A model generated the notes under the pieces. It worked only from the letters and a program-made list of their open reading frames with translations. It ran no database searches and was not told the DNA's origin. A program made the translations under genes and the position numbers. DNA of 64,000 nt, from NCBI GenBank assembly GCA_043228905.1, contig JBHGNT010000004.1, forward strand, positions 23,002,001 through 23,066,000, read 5' to 3'. Numbering within the stretch: position 1 is the stretch's first letter; the number at the start of each line of letters is the position of its first letter. The stretch comes from Azolla caroliniana (taxonomy: Eukaryota > Plantae > Polypodiophyta). Below, piece after piece: positions 63,726-64,000 of the stretch.

Positions 63726-64000
63726 GAGGGCACAGTCGAGCAAGAGGCCAATTCGGCCAAGGACGAGGCGGACGGGGTCCGACTTACGAAAACAACTCCC
63801 AATTTTGGCAAGAACATGGCAACAATTGAGGAACGTTCGGAAGAAGGGGGAGTTTCCATGCTCGTCGAAACCGACAAAGCAGTCCAATCGAATGCGGATA
63901 TTGTGGTATACTCGGCCACCACGAAGAAGAGTTCCAAAAGAAGAAGCATGAGTCGGCTTCCACAAGCTGACAACTCACAAATTACACCACTAACTCCGAT
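63726..64000 (+). pseudogene. Copia gag fragment (Copia-2/3 related)
   Basis: RG-rich stretch, FGRRGSF, ECGYCGILGHHEEE knuckle similar to 39.2-39.4 kb. Confidence 0.75.

Overview
Eukaryotic (land-plant-type, probably non-seed plant; inference) repeat-saturated DNA with no recognisable host gene. It is a deep transposon nest: an old Gypsy remnant hosts a Copia (32.3-37.5 kb) whose two LTRs each received a LINE at the same (TC)n tract; the larger LINE hosts two more Copia elements, one of which hosts a very young Gypsy. The most unusual part is 19.5-32.3 kb. A Sola1-like (DUF7869-type) DDD transposase gene is split exactly in frame by a complete 9.7-kb Sola2-type TIR transposon (GGG...CCC termini, 26-bp TIRs, ATGG TSD). 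That element carries a damaged transposase plus a convergent, apparently intact 5-exon gene (937 aa when spliced by hand) with TPxK repeats, a coiled coil and a RING-H2 finger. Other highlights: a -1 frameshift/pseudoknot between protease and RT conserved in two divergent tRNA-Trp-primed Gypsy families, a tRNA-like module in a Gypsy LTR, an in-frame AAA-TAG-GGA ORF1/ORF2 junction and a 5'-UTR intron-like signal in the LINE, and several repair/recombination scars. 48.5-64 kb is further nested, decayed Copia elements. Family names come from motif recognition only; no database search was run.
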